This document shows positions 1-14,199 of a DNA stretch of 64,000 bases, one piece after another. Numbering within the stretch: the first letter of the stretch is position 1; each line of letters begins with the position of its first letter. Origin of the DNA: Geosiphon pyriformis uo1 (taxonomy: Eukaryota > Fungi > Glomeromycota); contig JAAOMT010000233.1 in assembly GCA_016748015.1 (NCBI GenBank), positions 127,422 to 191,421 on the forward strand, read 5' to 3'. Position numbers and translations under genes: made by a program. Below the pieces are notes generated by a model that had not been told where the DNA came from, searched no databases, and was given only the letters and a program-made list of their open reading frames with translations.

Positions 1-2082
1 CATATATCCAACTGAACTAATAACAGAAGACAATTTCCAAGAAACATTGTTGAAAAAAACATATAACTTAATAGAAACACTAGAAAACAAGTGGCAAAGA
101 GCAGCTGATAATATTCAAAAGTCACAAAAAAAACAAAAAGAAAAACATGATAACCAACTATTGAATAAACCAGTTGAATTTACAATTGGAGACAAAGTAC
201 TTTTACATTATATCAAAGTAGAAAAACAATGGAGTGGAAAATTTGACTCCAAATGGAACAAACTATTTTACATAGAAAAAATTCTAAGAAATAGAGCTTA
301 TAAATTAATATGGGACAACAAAATCTTAGCCAAAACAGCACATGGTGATTGATTAAAACCATATCACTATATAGTATCATCATCCACCAATAATATTCTA
401 CAACTGGGAGTACAATAAATACTAATCCAACCAAATAAGATTTTATGAGATCTGGAACCAATTATAATCATTGAACCAAACACATCAAATTGAACAACCA
501 AAAGAGTATATAAAGACATGGTATATATGACAAAAACAACAAAGAAAATAGAAATACCAAATTATATTCACATCTTAGCACAACAATTGTTTCAAGTCTT
601 AAGTCAATAACAATTAAACATAGAAATTGTTATCAACTACCAAACAATCTGTTATTGAAACACCAAACAAAAAAAAAGTATATTATACCAGTAATCACAA
701 AAACAATTAAGAAACTGGTCAGATAAAATAGTAGAAAAAGTAAAAAACACTCTTGAAAAAATACCCATCATGATTTCAACAGAAGAACTTTCAAAAAAGA
801 ATTAGAAATAATAAACAAAACAACTTCCAATATCATACTGCTACTATTAGTTGGAACAAAAATTGAACATTTAAAAATTATATCTTAATAAAGCCAAAAA
901 AATATTCAATCAAAAAATAATACATAATATTAAAAAGATTATTAGAAAAAAGACAAATTTATTACTGCATATTAGAACAATCTATCGACTACACACAATA
1001 TTTCAAAATTATCCAGAAATATTGTTATACTCTAATATAGAAACAATCATCATTAATCAATAGGAAAGAATAAACAATGCACAAATCAAAAATATAAAAA
1101 ACAAAGTTAAACAAACAGTATTGGAAAAAAAAATATTAGACTTAATTCAAAGTAAAAATTTTGATAGAGCTCAATATTAAAAGGAGAAAATAATATTACT
1201 TATAAAGAAATTAAATAAAAAAAAATAGTAAGAAAACAGATAGACCAATAAGAAAATAGTAATTAGTACATAAGCATATTGCTTAGCAATATAGAGCAAT
1301 ATTAGAAATTATGGCATATTGTTCAGCAATATGAAGCAATGTTAAAAAGTTAGGACACATTACTTAACAATGTGAGCATTGCTCAAGAAATTATAGCACA
1401 TTGCTTAGGAATGTGAGTGATTTCATAGAATTTAAATTATGTATATATAGCAAGAGCATTAAAAGCAGAAAAGACAGAATAATTACCAAGACTTTTCTAT
1501 TATCACATCTATATTAGAATTATCAATATTAATAAATAATTATTCACTATTTAAATTACTTTTCCCATTATTAACACTTCATGTTAATAGTATTAAATAC
1601 TTGATCACACTAGAACAATAGCTTTTAATCATGGCTATTAATGAGATATTAACTTTATTGCTTTGGTTTATATTTTATTTTTTTAATTTTCTTTTGTATT
1701 TTATTTCTTTTGTTGTTTACTGATTAATTAAAAATTAAGCACTGAGTTATTGACATCATGGATGGCCTAGTAAAAAACCCAAATAAAAGGGTACAGAATG
1801 AGAATTTGGATAGCTTACTAGAAAAACATGACTGACAAAATAAACTGGCCACCAAGTTAAAGAAAAAAATTGGGAAACCCATTATAAAAAAATTGCACAC
1901 CATTGAATCTCTGTTTATTATACAAAGAATTCAAACAAAAAAAAACCTTCAGATTGTAAAATTTTCAGATTGTAAAATTTTTAGATTGTAAAACTTTTAA
2001 ACGTTATCATCAATTACAACTATTGAGCACCAAGTTATGGATTTGTTATTTGATTCAAGACCCCAAATAATTACCTGTAACA
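1..2082 (+). mobile_element. Element C, 3' end: integrase C-terminus, ORF3 remnant, PPT and 3' LTR (1194-2082)
   Basis: FTIGDKVLL..KQWSGKFDSKW..GPF-like integrase tail; LTR ends CCTGTAACA; homologous to 12464-14199 (minus) and 32659-33477. Confidence 0.88.
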
Positions 2083-3146
2083 CTATCTAAAATTTTAAAT
2101 TGTTGTTTACAGTAAGTGTAAATTAACTAATAGTACTTTAAAGTTGTTATGTTTAATGCAATTATTACTTTGAAAAAGTTGTTGTTGCTGTGTTAATCCA
2201 TAAAAAAGCACCAAATATTACCAAAAGTTTTTGGTTCTTTTTTTTAATTGTTATTAATATTTATTTGCTGTTTTAATTCACATTTATTAAAAGCTATTGA
2301 ATCTTTAATAATTGAATTTATTTTTAAATTATTTTCTATAATTTAAACTGTTAAGCTTATAAATAAAATGATTAATTCTGTACTAGTTATTTTGTATAAT
2401 TATATTGTAGTAAATGTCAACTCTTTCTTAGGAATTGTTTGTTTAGAAGTTTACTAAAAATATGTAGTTATTTTACTGTAAAAGTCAACTTTTTTACAAG
2501 AAACTTGTCTATAGACTACTTTAATAATTATAATAATAAAAATAAATATAAAAAGAATGAAATTTTGTAAAAAGAATTGTTTTTGGTCCAGGTCTAAAAT
2601 CATTAACAATTTACTAAAATTGGTAGCTAATTTATTTCAAAACATTAGTTGAATTTTTGGGAAATTTCAAGTACAATTAATTAAAGAATTGGTTTTTTTA
2701 AAGTATGATTTTTATTTTAATTGTTTTTAACTAAAAGTAAATCTAAGTAAAATAATTCTGAATAAGATATATTTCCTTAAAAAGAAAAGCTCTTCTTTTA
2801 TATAACTTGTTATAGTAGTAGTTTATGAACTTAAACTTTTCTCTTTGCTATTATTTTAATGAATTAATAGTATATTATAATGACTTATAAGTTATTTTAT
2901 TGTACTATTAACTATTTCAGTAAATTACTCATTATTTTAACAAATTTTTATAAATTTGGCAAATTCTTAAATATTACATAATTTGAAGTATTGTGTCATT
3001 TAATTATCCTAATTTCTATTGTATAAATTGATTTATTAATTAAATAATAAGTAATAATTAAAACAATATTAATATATGTTAGTTAATAATAGGAATTATA
3101 GAAGTAATTTCATGCTAATTTAATAGCTAAAATTTCATTGATAATA
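2083..3146 (-). mobile_element. Element B, 5' piece: 5' LTR (2216-3146), PBS and start of gag, inverted
   Basis: Reverse complement matches the LTR at 52203-53174, then TTTGGTGCTTTTTTATGGA (decayed PBS) and the first ~28 gag codons; flanked by GCAC on the minus strand (3147-3150). Confidence 0.9.
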
Positions 3147-6100
3147 GTGCTTTAGTAATAATTAACAGTTTTTTTGAGTAGCTAATTAAGAAAAAAAACA
3201 ATTTTAGAGAAATCTTAAACAAACTTTTGATAATAAAATGCCAAACCAAGAAAAAACATAATTTATAAATATTTATTAATTGTTTAATATTCTGAACTTT
3301 TTTAATTTTGGCTGAATTAGAAAAGATTCTATTTTTTATAATAAGATAACCAAAAAACTGAGTAAATTGTTATTCAAAAAAAGATTTGATTAAATTGATC
3401 TTAAAACTAGTATTTCTAAGTAGGTCAAAAACTTTTTGTAAATATTCAAGATGTTTATTCCAAGTTTTTAAATATATTATTATGTTATTTAAATAAATTA
3501 AAACAAAGTTTTATCTTTATTAATTTGAATACTTTGTCTATTAAGCATTAAAAAAAGTAGGAGAAACATTAATAAGACCAAAAAACATAACTATAAATTC
3601 ATAGATACTATATTTGATAATAAAGGCAGTTTTTTTTCTGCTTTCTGAATCTATTTCTGTTTGTTAAAATTCAGTAACTAAATTAATAATTAAAAAAAAG
3701 CAGCACTATTAAATTGGTTTAGTATTGTATTAATCTTAAAAAGTATATATATGTTTCTTTTGATAATAATATTTAATTGACAATAGTCAACACAAAAGCA
3801 TAGAGTTTCATTTTTTTTTAGATATTATTACAACTAAAAAAGTCTATTTATTCTTGGTTTTTTATCTGGTTTATTTTTTTTTGATAAACTCATTATTATA
3901 ATAATTAAATTAATAAAACTTCAAGTATATAGAACAAGTTTTTTTGGTAATAATAATATGTTGTATTACATAAGTTTATTTAAAGGTATTATTTTTTTTT
4001 AATATTACTAGATTATTTTTTTTCAATAGATTTTTAATATTTACTTTTTTTTTTAGAAAGAGTTTTTTTTGTTTTATTTACTAATAATTGTATTTTAGAT
4101 AGTTTATTTTCAAAAAACTTTTGTACTTTTTTTATTTTTTCTCTTAATATTAGGCTAATTAATTCTTAATTTTTGTAATAAATTAAACAGAACTTGTTTT
4201 TGTTATTAAAAAAATATAGTGATTTATTGTACTAGTACTAGATACAAAATTATGTTATTAATAACTGTATTTGGCTTTTTTGTTAAACTTTTTATTAAAA
4301 ATTTTTTTAAAGATATTATAATAGAACCAGCAAATCAGTTTGCTATTTACAATAATTTTTTTTGTTAACTTTAATATTATCTAGTGACTTGTTATTATTG
4401 GTAAAAATAGTATAGATAAATTTAACAGTTTTTTTTGTTCTTCTTTATTTCTTTTTATTGCTATTTTTATTATTTGATTGTTTTTTTTCTTGGTTTTGCT
4501 TAAATACCAAAAAAATAGTCTAATGATAATACTTAACCACAATGGGCTTTTTACTATATTTAATAGTTAATTTACAAAGTTTATAATCAAATAAAGCTTT
4601 TGTTTTTTTGAGCCATTTATTTTTAACAATAATAGTATATTCTTTTGCTTTAAAAATTTTTATGTCAGTTTCAATATTGATGCTATTAATATAAACAGGA
4701 ATAGCTTTGGCTATGCCAAAATTTTTTTTTTATCATTATGTATATTAATTATAAACCAAGTTAAAAATTCATTAATTTTTCTTCTAATTGTTTTAAAAAA
4801 GTGTTTGACAATAATGCTAACAGATAATTTATTATTTAAGATTAAATTAATAAAGTAGCCAGTTATTTAAGCTTTGTAAATTAAAAAAATATTATTATTA
4901 TTGTTAGTAAGTTTAACTTAATGAGAATGTTTATTGGTTTTTGGTGTTTTTTTCTTTAGATCAAAGATTTGCAAAATTTTTTTTTGAATTGTAAATAAGT
5001 TATTAACTGGTCAAAGATAATGTGTATTAAAATTTCTATAAAATCTTTAATAATAAAATAAAAACCAAATTTTTGTACTATTTTTAAGGATTCTAACTTT
5101 GGAAGATTTTTAAAAACTTTAGTTTTTAATAATTTATTATTATCAACAGTGAAAGTTAAGACTTTGTTAAGATTTAAAACAAAATTAACTTTGGCTTTTT
5201 TTTTTGTGGATTCAAAGAGGTTAATAGCTAGTTCATTCATATTATGATTATTATTAGTTAAATTAAAAGTGTAAAAAAAGTTTTTCTAGTTGGTTTACAC
5301 TCTTATTTTTTAAAAGTACACTTATAAGTTTAAAAACTAATAAACAATAGCTTTAACTAAAGAATTTTTTCTAAAAAAATTAATGTTGACATAATTAAGT
5401 CTTTGATTAAAAATATTATTATTAATAATTTTGTTGTTTTAATTATTATCATTTTAGAAAACTGATGAAAATAAAGAAAAATTGTTGCAATTTTTGGAAA
5501 AATGTTTGGTTTATCTACGATAATAACATATAGATAGTCCACAATTTTGCTGTTTTTAATAAAAAAACTATTAAGACTTATTAAAATAAGATTTAAATCT
5601 TGGTTTTTGAGATTGTTAACTCTTTTTAACTGCTTATGCTAAAAGTTCTAGTAAATAAACAAAGTTGGCTATAAGTTTATCTATTAATTGTTTATTAAGA
5701 TCTTGAGTTTGGATAGAAAAAGAGATAGCAGCCATTTGAAATGCAAAAGTTATAATAAGAGCAAAAGCAAAAACTAAAAGTGTGGTTTTCAAATGCATTT
5801 TTTGGTTATCTTTAATTTTTTGTGTAAGTTCAATAACCATATTTATAATTAGATTATTTTTCAAAGCCAAAAGAGGCCAAAAAGCATAAATAAGTCAGTT
5901 TTTAATTCTTTTGTAAAGAAATGAATTTTTTGTTCTTTTGTTCAGTTTTTTTTAGAATCTACTTGTTTGATAAAACTTTTTGATTGCTTTAACATATTCA
6001 GTTATAACTTTACTAAAGTCTTGAGTTTTTTTTTAATTTTATATGCTATTTAGAGATTAAAATAAGAATTTTGAATTTGTTTTCAAACTGGGTAATGAAA

Positions 6101-6800
6101 AAAATATTTTTTTCTAGTATTTGTTAGTATTTATCTAATAATTTTTTAGTAAGCACTAACATTAGTTTTTTGTAAAAACCAAATAGCAAAAAAGTCTTAT
6201 AAGTAGCCACCAATAATTTAAAACTTGTATTTAATATTATATTAATTAGTAGTAATTGCTTTTTCAAAATTATCTAATTATTTAATTAAATTTTATATAT
6301 TACCTTTAAATAAAGATAGTAAAGTATTGTGTTTTTTGCTCTAAAGCAGTTTGTATGTCTTAAAGAGTGGCCAAAATATTTGTTTGCATAGAGTCAATAA
6401 CTATTGGTTTAGAAATAACTGTTTATATAGAATAAAGTGATTTATTTGAAAAGAGATTAAAAACAAAAGTGGTTTAATAACTTTTTTTTTCTGTTTCAAA
6501 AAAAGTTTTAGCTAACTAATAGACAGTAATCTAAATATAAATTTAATAATTCAGGTATTCAAAGTCAAAAAACTGTTATTTAAAAATTGTTGAATATAAA
6601 GCTAATTGATGTTGTTGTTTTTTTCTTTAAAATTGTCTTTAAAATAAACTTGGTTAAAAAAATAAGTTGTATATGTTGTGTAAATTTTAGCTGAGTGCTC
6701 ATTTAGAAATCAGTTCCAAAAGTCTTAAAATTGTCTACTAAATTGTTTTTTAACAGAAAAACAAATTAAGCAAAAAAACAAATTAAGCAGAAAAACAAAA
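3147..6800 (-). mobile_element. Element E, 5' part: decayed gag, protease and RT (distinct Ty3/gypsy family without dUTPase)
   Basis: Minus-strand remnants: gag-like IIGGYL (~6200), protease LGIAKAIPV (~4600-4860), RT ending FLGLA.YYQKFV.DFSKI (3150-3990). The 5' boundary is approximate. Confidence 0.8.
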
Positions 6801-6859
6801 AATTAAATGCAATAAGATCTAAGTTATTTCTGTTGTATATTGTAAAGTGTTTTTCTGAT

Positions 6860-7790
6860 TGTTGTAACAAGTATAAATAATCATCTATATAATAAAAAAC
6901 AAGTGAAATTTAACAATTTTACAGAAAACACTACTTTTATATTATAGGTTGAAGTAACAAGCTAATAAATAGCAAAGAAAAACAGAATTGTAAGATAATA
7001 GAATTAATCAAAAAAATTTAACTTTAAAGAGCAAATTATAAAAATATAGATTCAATGTGCAAGATTAATTTTATAAAATATTTTAGTTACTAATTGTTTC
7101 AAAAAATAACTAGGAAATTTAAAGATAGAAAAATAGTTTGTACTGTTAATAAATAATAATACATTAATATAATTCTATGCTTTACATCAACACTTTTAGA
7201 ATTCAATATTAGATATTAAATGTATTCTTTAGTTATATTTTATTCAAATAATTTTTAAATACTATAATTATACAAATTAAAAAAAAGTAGATAAATATTA
7301 GCAAATAATTTTTTATCTTAAAATATTCAGATACTTGAAAGTAAAAAATAAAAAAAAAAACAAGCAAAAAAAAAATTGAGTTGATAAATATTGTTTTATT
7401 TTTTTTATTTTTTATATATTTTTTTATATTTGAGAAACTTATTGCTTATATAACTATTAAAAATGGTCAATAATCAAATTATTAATCAGATTAACAATTA
7501 AGTCATTAGTTAAGTCAATAATTAAGTTAATAGTTAAATCAATGATTATTATCTAAAAATAATTTTATGTTAATTAATAATTCGAATTTTTACTAATAAT
7601 AACAAATTATTTAATTACTGTTTTCTGAATTTATTAATTACAAATTGAATTTTTAAGAATTTATTGCAATTTTTTGTTAAATTAAAAGCAAGTTCTGTCA
7701 ATAATTTTTTAATTAAAATGATCAAAATTTTTTTAAACTACAAAATTATTTTAACAAACTATTTATTTATACCTTTTTAGTTAATAAGTA
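6860..7790 (-). repeat. Possible decayed 5' LTR or leader of element E
   Basis: Lies upstream of E gag; ~12-bp tandem array (7465-7550) and A/T tracts as in the other LTRs; termini not recognisable. Confidence 0.3.
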
Positions 7791-7793
7791 AAA

Positions 7794-10700
7794 TTTTTTT
7801 TTATTATATTTTACAAGTAAAATCTAAATGCTATCTAGTATTATATATTATATAAATAATTTAAACTAAGTACAAATCATGCTCTTTCTATATATAACCA
7901 GCCATTCAGACCAATCAGAACAACATTAAGCAACTATGTGAACTGAAACCATGTTACTAACACCTAAAAAAAATAAACAAGACTTATAAAAACCAAAACA
8001 AACACCAAATGTCTTAGCAACTCCAAACAACTTGACAACACCAGCAGAAAACTTTAAAAAAAGTCCAAAAATTAAGACAAAAGCCAAATTATCAAGTGAA
8101 ATCAGCCTATTTCTTTTCATAAAGACATAATACTTAGTACAAACCAACCAGATATTATCTCTAAAAGTGAGACAAAAACCATACAAAAATTTTGCAACCT
8201 TCTAACTTGCAACTTTGAAATTACAGAAGACAAAAACAGTCTCTTAGAACCAACTCTCAAAAACAAAACTCTTATAAAGAACTGTATATACAAAAACATC
8301 AGAAGCACAAGATGACAAAAGCTGAAATACATAAAAAAAAAAGTGAAAAAGACCATAAAACACCTCCTAATAAGCTGTATAAGTATTTAACAATTGATAA
8401 CAGACAGAGCTGTCAGCTTTACAAGTAAACACATAATTTGAAACTTTAATATTACTATAGTACAAACACAATACATTGAGGTAGTATTTGTTGTATAAAT
8501 GCTTCTGAACAACAACAGACAGCCAATAATATAAAGCCTTTATAAAATAAGTATATGTGCCAGCAGAAAATTTGCTTATAAAACCTACAGCCATATGTAA
8601 ATCAGGATACTACACCAAAGAAAAACTGAACCAATCAATGTCTAAAAACAAAACACCTGCCAAAACCTTAGAACTAAAACTAATCTCCTAGTGTGCACAA
8701 TAAACAGACCTTAAAATAATATGAACAAAATATCTAGAGTTACTAGAAACAATATTACTGCTAATTACAATACAGTAACCCCTCAAATAAAGAAGAAGAT
8801 ACCAATTAAAAAAAGAAACAACAGCAGCAAAAGCATCAATATATTTATTCCCTAAAATACCTGAGTGATTTTTCATTTTATGTCATTCAATTCTCAAATT
8901 CTTGCTATAAATAATATCCACAATGTGATAATGTTCTACTCAATACTGATTATAAAAATCCAGACATACCAAATGCAATTCTGACTTATATGTATTCAAA
9001 GCAGTCTAACAATCAGAAAATAAATGAACTGGGTTAAAAAGAGGAAATACTTAAAAGCCAATACAATAGCTTATAATTCTGTTAAAGTAAAGAACATTAA
9101 ACCAAAAACTCTAACACTCAAATTCAAGTCAATGTCATCAAAAAAAACTGTAGTGTCAGCTTTTCTGTCAACAATATTTAAGTCTTTTAGAGATCTATCT
9201 GTATAGACAGACAGACTATCAGCATTAACACAAAATAGTTGACTACCAACTGATTCAAACTTACAAGACTCAAAAACATTCAAAAAACCAACACCACTTT
9301 CAGAAAAAGAAAAATGAGCAGAAAAAAAAGCCATATTATTAAAGAAGGCAACAAAAAGACTGAACCAATCAGGAATAAAGCCATAAGAATTCAACTTTTT
9401 CTACTGTCTAAAGGTTTTTCAATCAAAAACAACACCATAACAATCCTAAAGCTGATCCATAAAGACAATGTTATAATATTAGAATGAAAAGAAAAGCTTA
9501 AAAAATTCAAACTCACCAAAAACAGTTGACATGGGCACTTTATCCTAAAAACAAAAAAAACTGCTTATAGAACTATTCAAGGACAAATTGTAATCAAAAA
9601 AAATACAGACCACTTCTGCCAAAAAGTTATTAGAAAGATTAATCCAAATACAAACTGGAAAACTCAAGAGATAAATGGGGTGCCAACACAAAACTTGCAA
9701 GCTATAGGACCTATGAGAAAACAAATAACCCAAAATTCCACCAGAATTTGTAATATTCACAAGTGACACTAATTTACTTTCAGATTGAATCTGTTTAAAA
9801 GTTTTTAAACTATAAAAAAGAAGGGTAATGGATTATATTATTCAAAGAATCAAAAAATAAACCAGATTTCAATTTTAGGTCTTTATAAATCAAGACATCC
9901 CACTTATTATACACACTAATAGAAACAAAGCTAAATTGCATTCTGTCACTGACAATAGGATAGAAAACAGCTGATACCAAATATAAAAACTGTTTATTCA
10001 AGATGGCTTTTTTTAGTACAAAGTTGGCAAAAAAATAAATATTGAAATGTGTTTTGGCCAAGCTAAACCTTAAGAGATCTTTAATTAACAGAAAGATATC
10101 CAAATACCAATAAGATTTTTCTTTTCTGGCAATAGAAATAGATAAGCTACTAATAAACAAAGTAAGACTAACAACTCTACAATTAATAAGAATGACCACA
10201 ATCTTATTAGTATTGATAAAAATATTATTAATCTGAAAAAATTCACTGGTGACATTAAAAATATATTGGATAGCACTTTGACTATTGCCAACTCAAATTG
10301 TATTATCAAAAAAAGCTCCAGCAACAAAAAAAAAAAACAACTCAGTTTTAGATTTTGCATGACCATTTTTTGAAATAAAATAAAAATTCAACCAATACTT
10401 ATACATACTTTTCTGTTTTTTGATTTTACAAAGAAAAAAATTGTAAAATATGTGCCAAAAAAGAGGTAAAAAAATCTTCTTTTGATCCAAATCATCATGC
10501 ATACAATAACCACCTGTTAGACCAAAGTTAGTCATAACTTTGTTGATGTGATTACCATAAATACTACCAAAAAACTGAATGAATTTGTTACACATTTTAA
10601 TTCTAATCAAGTTTTTTTTAAAATGCTCTCAACTAACAGAATTGTAAGTCTTTTATATGTTTTACAAAACCAGCAAGAGTTTATGGTTCTTTTCCAAAAC

Positions 10701-12440
10701 ATTTTCTATTACAGAGCCAACTGCAAAAATAAAAAATTGCATAATTATACTTTTTAGAACTGAAAAATTGTCTTTATAAAGAACATCAAAGGTGCTGTAC
10801 ACCAATGAAATCCTATCAAACAGAATCTTAGAAAGAATCTTATGGACTATTTCAATCAGAGCAATAGAACAAGTATTCATAAAAACATTCTTCCATTTAT
10901 ATGGTTTGAGAATTATTAAAATCCAAGCCTTTTTTTAAGAACTGAGCACTAATTTATAAGACAAACAAGTGTTTAAAAGCACCAAAAGCATAGAATATAG
11001 AAAATATATTAGCATATAAATTAGCCAATCAAAAGTAGCCATAGTAAATGTGGAATTCCAGGATTTCTCTCAAAGAAATTGCAGGATTCCAGAAATTTTA
11101 GGATTCTCATACAAGAAATCACAGAATTCCAGAATTTCAGAATTCTTCTCAAAGAAATTACAAGATTCCAGGAATTCCAGGATTCCTGATGTAAAAAATT
11201 GGGGAATTGAAGAATTTCAATTATGTATATATATTGGTAGTATTAGAAATAGAAAAAACAGATCTCTCAGTTTAGATTTAATCTAAGCAACTTTTTAACT
11301 CACAAATATTAATAAAATAATTATTCTTTATCTCAAATCCACTCTTCACTATTAACACTTTATGTTGATAGTAATTGATACTTAACCACACTGGAACAAT
11401 AGCTTTTGATTACAGCTATTGACAGAATACTAACCATTATTGCCTTGGCTTATTTTTTATTTCTTTTATTTCTATTTCTTTTCTTTGTTGTTATTTACTA
11501 ATTAATTAAAAGATTAAGTGCTGGAATACAAACATCATAGAGACTGGTAAAAAACTCATGAAACAAGAGTAAAACACTCATAGATTTAAGAATAATTTAC
11601 TAGGAGGATTACCGGCCACCATACTGAAAAAAAAATTTAACAGAATTGCAATTCTGAGAGACTACTGAAACAATAATTGAATCTCTGTCTATTATACAAA
11701 GATTTCCACAACAATATCTTCAGATACCAACACCAAAATATTAATCAAGCACCAAGTTATGAGTTTGTTATTTGATTAAAGACCCCAAATAATTACCTGT
11801 AACAATATCTAAAACTGATTTGTTACAATGTTTTTAAAGCTTATTGGAAATACCAAAAAAACCAACAGCTTTACCATTGGGCAAATCAGTAAACTTTAAC
11901 TTAACTATAATAATAATATTTAATATTATTAGAAAATATGTTAAAAAAATATTATAAAATACAACAAAAATAGAAAAAAAGAAACCAAAAGCCATTATAA
12001 AAAATTTTGCAATCTTAAATATAATTAAAAAAAATTATTAATAAAAGCTTTAACAGTAATAATTAAGAAAGTTTTAAAAACATTATTAAAAACAGCATTA
12101 GAAAATAAAAAAAGAAATATTAATTTTGTTTTTATTTAATTGGTTTAATTCTTAAGATTAAATGATTTAATAGATTGTTTTGTTTTAAAAACTAATAATA
12201 ATTTGCTAAAAAATACTACAATTGACAATATAGCCAGTAATTAATTTTAATTTATCTTAAAAAATATACTATTATTGTTGTTTATATTAAAAAAAAACTG
12301 GTTGTTGTTAAGAAAATTTTTCCAGAATTTTACTTGAAACTATAAAAAAATTTGGTGTAATAATAGCAGATAGAAATAACTACTGCTGTTTTTTTTTGAG
12401 TTTTTGATTTTTTTGGTTATTTATAAAAAAATAGTAATAA
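7794..12440 (-). mobile_element. Decayed non-LTR retrotransposon (LINE) with RT, RNase H and C-terminal CCHC; large internal deletion
   Basis: (RP)IALIE..KILSKIL.DRI, GAF(V)D(D)TI, SVYTD(G)SL..TLTEL (RNase H), LCLY..V.(H)VFTC; A tail at 7794-7802; RT frame continues at 11805-11890; possible ORF1 start remnant at ~11900-12400. Confidence 0.85.
10993..11804 (+). mobile_element. 5'-eroded isolated LTR (C-related family F) inside the LINE RT
   Basis: 3' half matches the family C LTR and ends ATTACCTGTAACA; the LINE frame (..CNKSVLD|MLLVLLN..) joins across it. Confidence 0.85.
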
Positions 12441-12463
12441 TAGTACTAATAATATTAATAAAA

Positions 12464-14199
12464 ACAATCTGAAGGTTTTTTTTTGTTTAATTTCTTTGTA
12501 TAATAAACAGAAATTCAATGGTGTGCAATTCTTTTATGATGGGTTTTCCAATTTTTTTCTTCAGCTTGATGGCCAGTTTATTCTGGCAGTCATGCCCTTC
12601 TGGTAAGCTATCCAAATTTCCACTCTGTACCCTTTTATTTGGGTCTTTTACCAGGCTATCTATGACGTTAATAACTCAGTGCTTAATTCTTAATCAATCA
12701 GTAAACAATAAAAGAAATAAAATACAAAAGAAAATTAAAGAAATAAAATATAAGCCAAGGCAATAAAGTTAATATCTCGTTAATAGCCATTGTTACCAGT
12801 AGAATTTTAGCTATTAATTAGCATGAAATTACCCTTATAATTCTTATTATTAATTAGCATATATCATTATCATTTCGATTATCACTTATTAATTAACTAA
12901 ATTATCAAATATTATTACTCAATCAATAATCCGATTTGTACTCTAGAAATTAAGATGATCAAATTACACAATACCCTGAACCATTTAACATAGTCAAAAT
13001 TCGCCGAAATTAATGAAAATTTGCCGAAATAATCAATAGTTCAGTGAAATAACTTGTAGTTCGCCGAAATGTATCTTTAGTTCACCCAAATTCTAACAAA
13101 AAAAAAAGTGCAAGTTCAAAGACTAGTACTACAACAAGTTGTATAAAAGAAGAGCTTCTCTCTTCAAGAAAATGTATCTTCTCATAGTATCTTAACATAG
13201 TATTTTACCTTAGATATCTTAATTGAAACAAATCACCTTTTACATATTCAAATAAAAATTAAATATTCGAAAACCAAATCCTCAAATTATTACACTTGAA
13301 GTTTTCTCAACACAACTAACATTTTGAAATTGATTAGCTACCAATTTCAGTAATCTGTTAGTGACTCCAGGCCTGGATAGAAAACGTTTCCCTTGATCAA
13401 ATCCTATTTCTTTTACATTTCTTTTATTTTTCTTTTTTTTTCTTATTTACAACCATTAGGGTAGCCTACAAACGAGATTCCTGTAGAAGAGTTGACTTTC
13501 ACAGCAAAGTAACTACACATTTTAGTGAGCTTCTAGACGAGCAATTTCTGGGAAAGAGTTGATGTTTACTACAATGTAACTACACAAGTAACTGGCAAGG
13601 AATTGGCTATTCCATTTATAAGCCCAGCAGTTCAAATTATAGGAGATAATTTGAAGATAAATTCAGTTACTGGAGGTCCAACTACTTTCTGGAAACGTGA
13701 ATTCACAGCAAATCAATATTAACAACATTCAAGAAAAGAGACCAAAAACCTCGAGTAATACCATGATCAAGAGCTATTGTTCCAGTGTAATCAAGTATTC
13801 AATACTATCAACATGAAGTGTTAATAGTGGGGAGAGTGATTTAGATGGTGAATAATTATTTATTGATATTGATAATTCTAATATAGATGTGGTAATAGAA
13901 AAATCTTGGTAATTATTCTGTCTTTTTTGCTTCTAACACTCTTGCTATATATACATAATTTAGGTTCTATAAAATCACTCATATTGCTGAGCATTGTGCT
14001 ATAATTTCTTGAGCAATACTTATATTGCTGAGCAATATGCCCTAACTTTCTAATATTGTTTTACATTGCTGAGCAATGTGCCATAATTTTTGATATTGCT
14101 CCACATTGCTGAGCAATGTGCTCACATGCTAACTACTACTCTTCTATTGGTTTATCTGTTTTCTTACTTTTTTTTTAATTGTTTTCTTTATGAGTAACA
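12464..14199 (-). mobile_element. Element C 5' LTR (3'-truncated), interrupted by a family A solo LTR
   Basis: Reverse complement starts TGTTACTCATAAAG and matches 1194-1958; the last ~125 bp of the LTR are missing. Confidence 0.88.
12791..13760 (+). mobile_element. Solo LTR, family A
   Basis: TGTTACCAG...CGAGTAATA flanked by the perfect TSD CCAT (12787-12790 / 13761-13764); no PBS or PPT. Confidence 0.94.

Noticed and set aside
13975-14130. CRISPR-like palindromic repeats
   Set aside because: Inside an LTR, spacers are repetitive and irregular, no cas genes, eukaryotic context.
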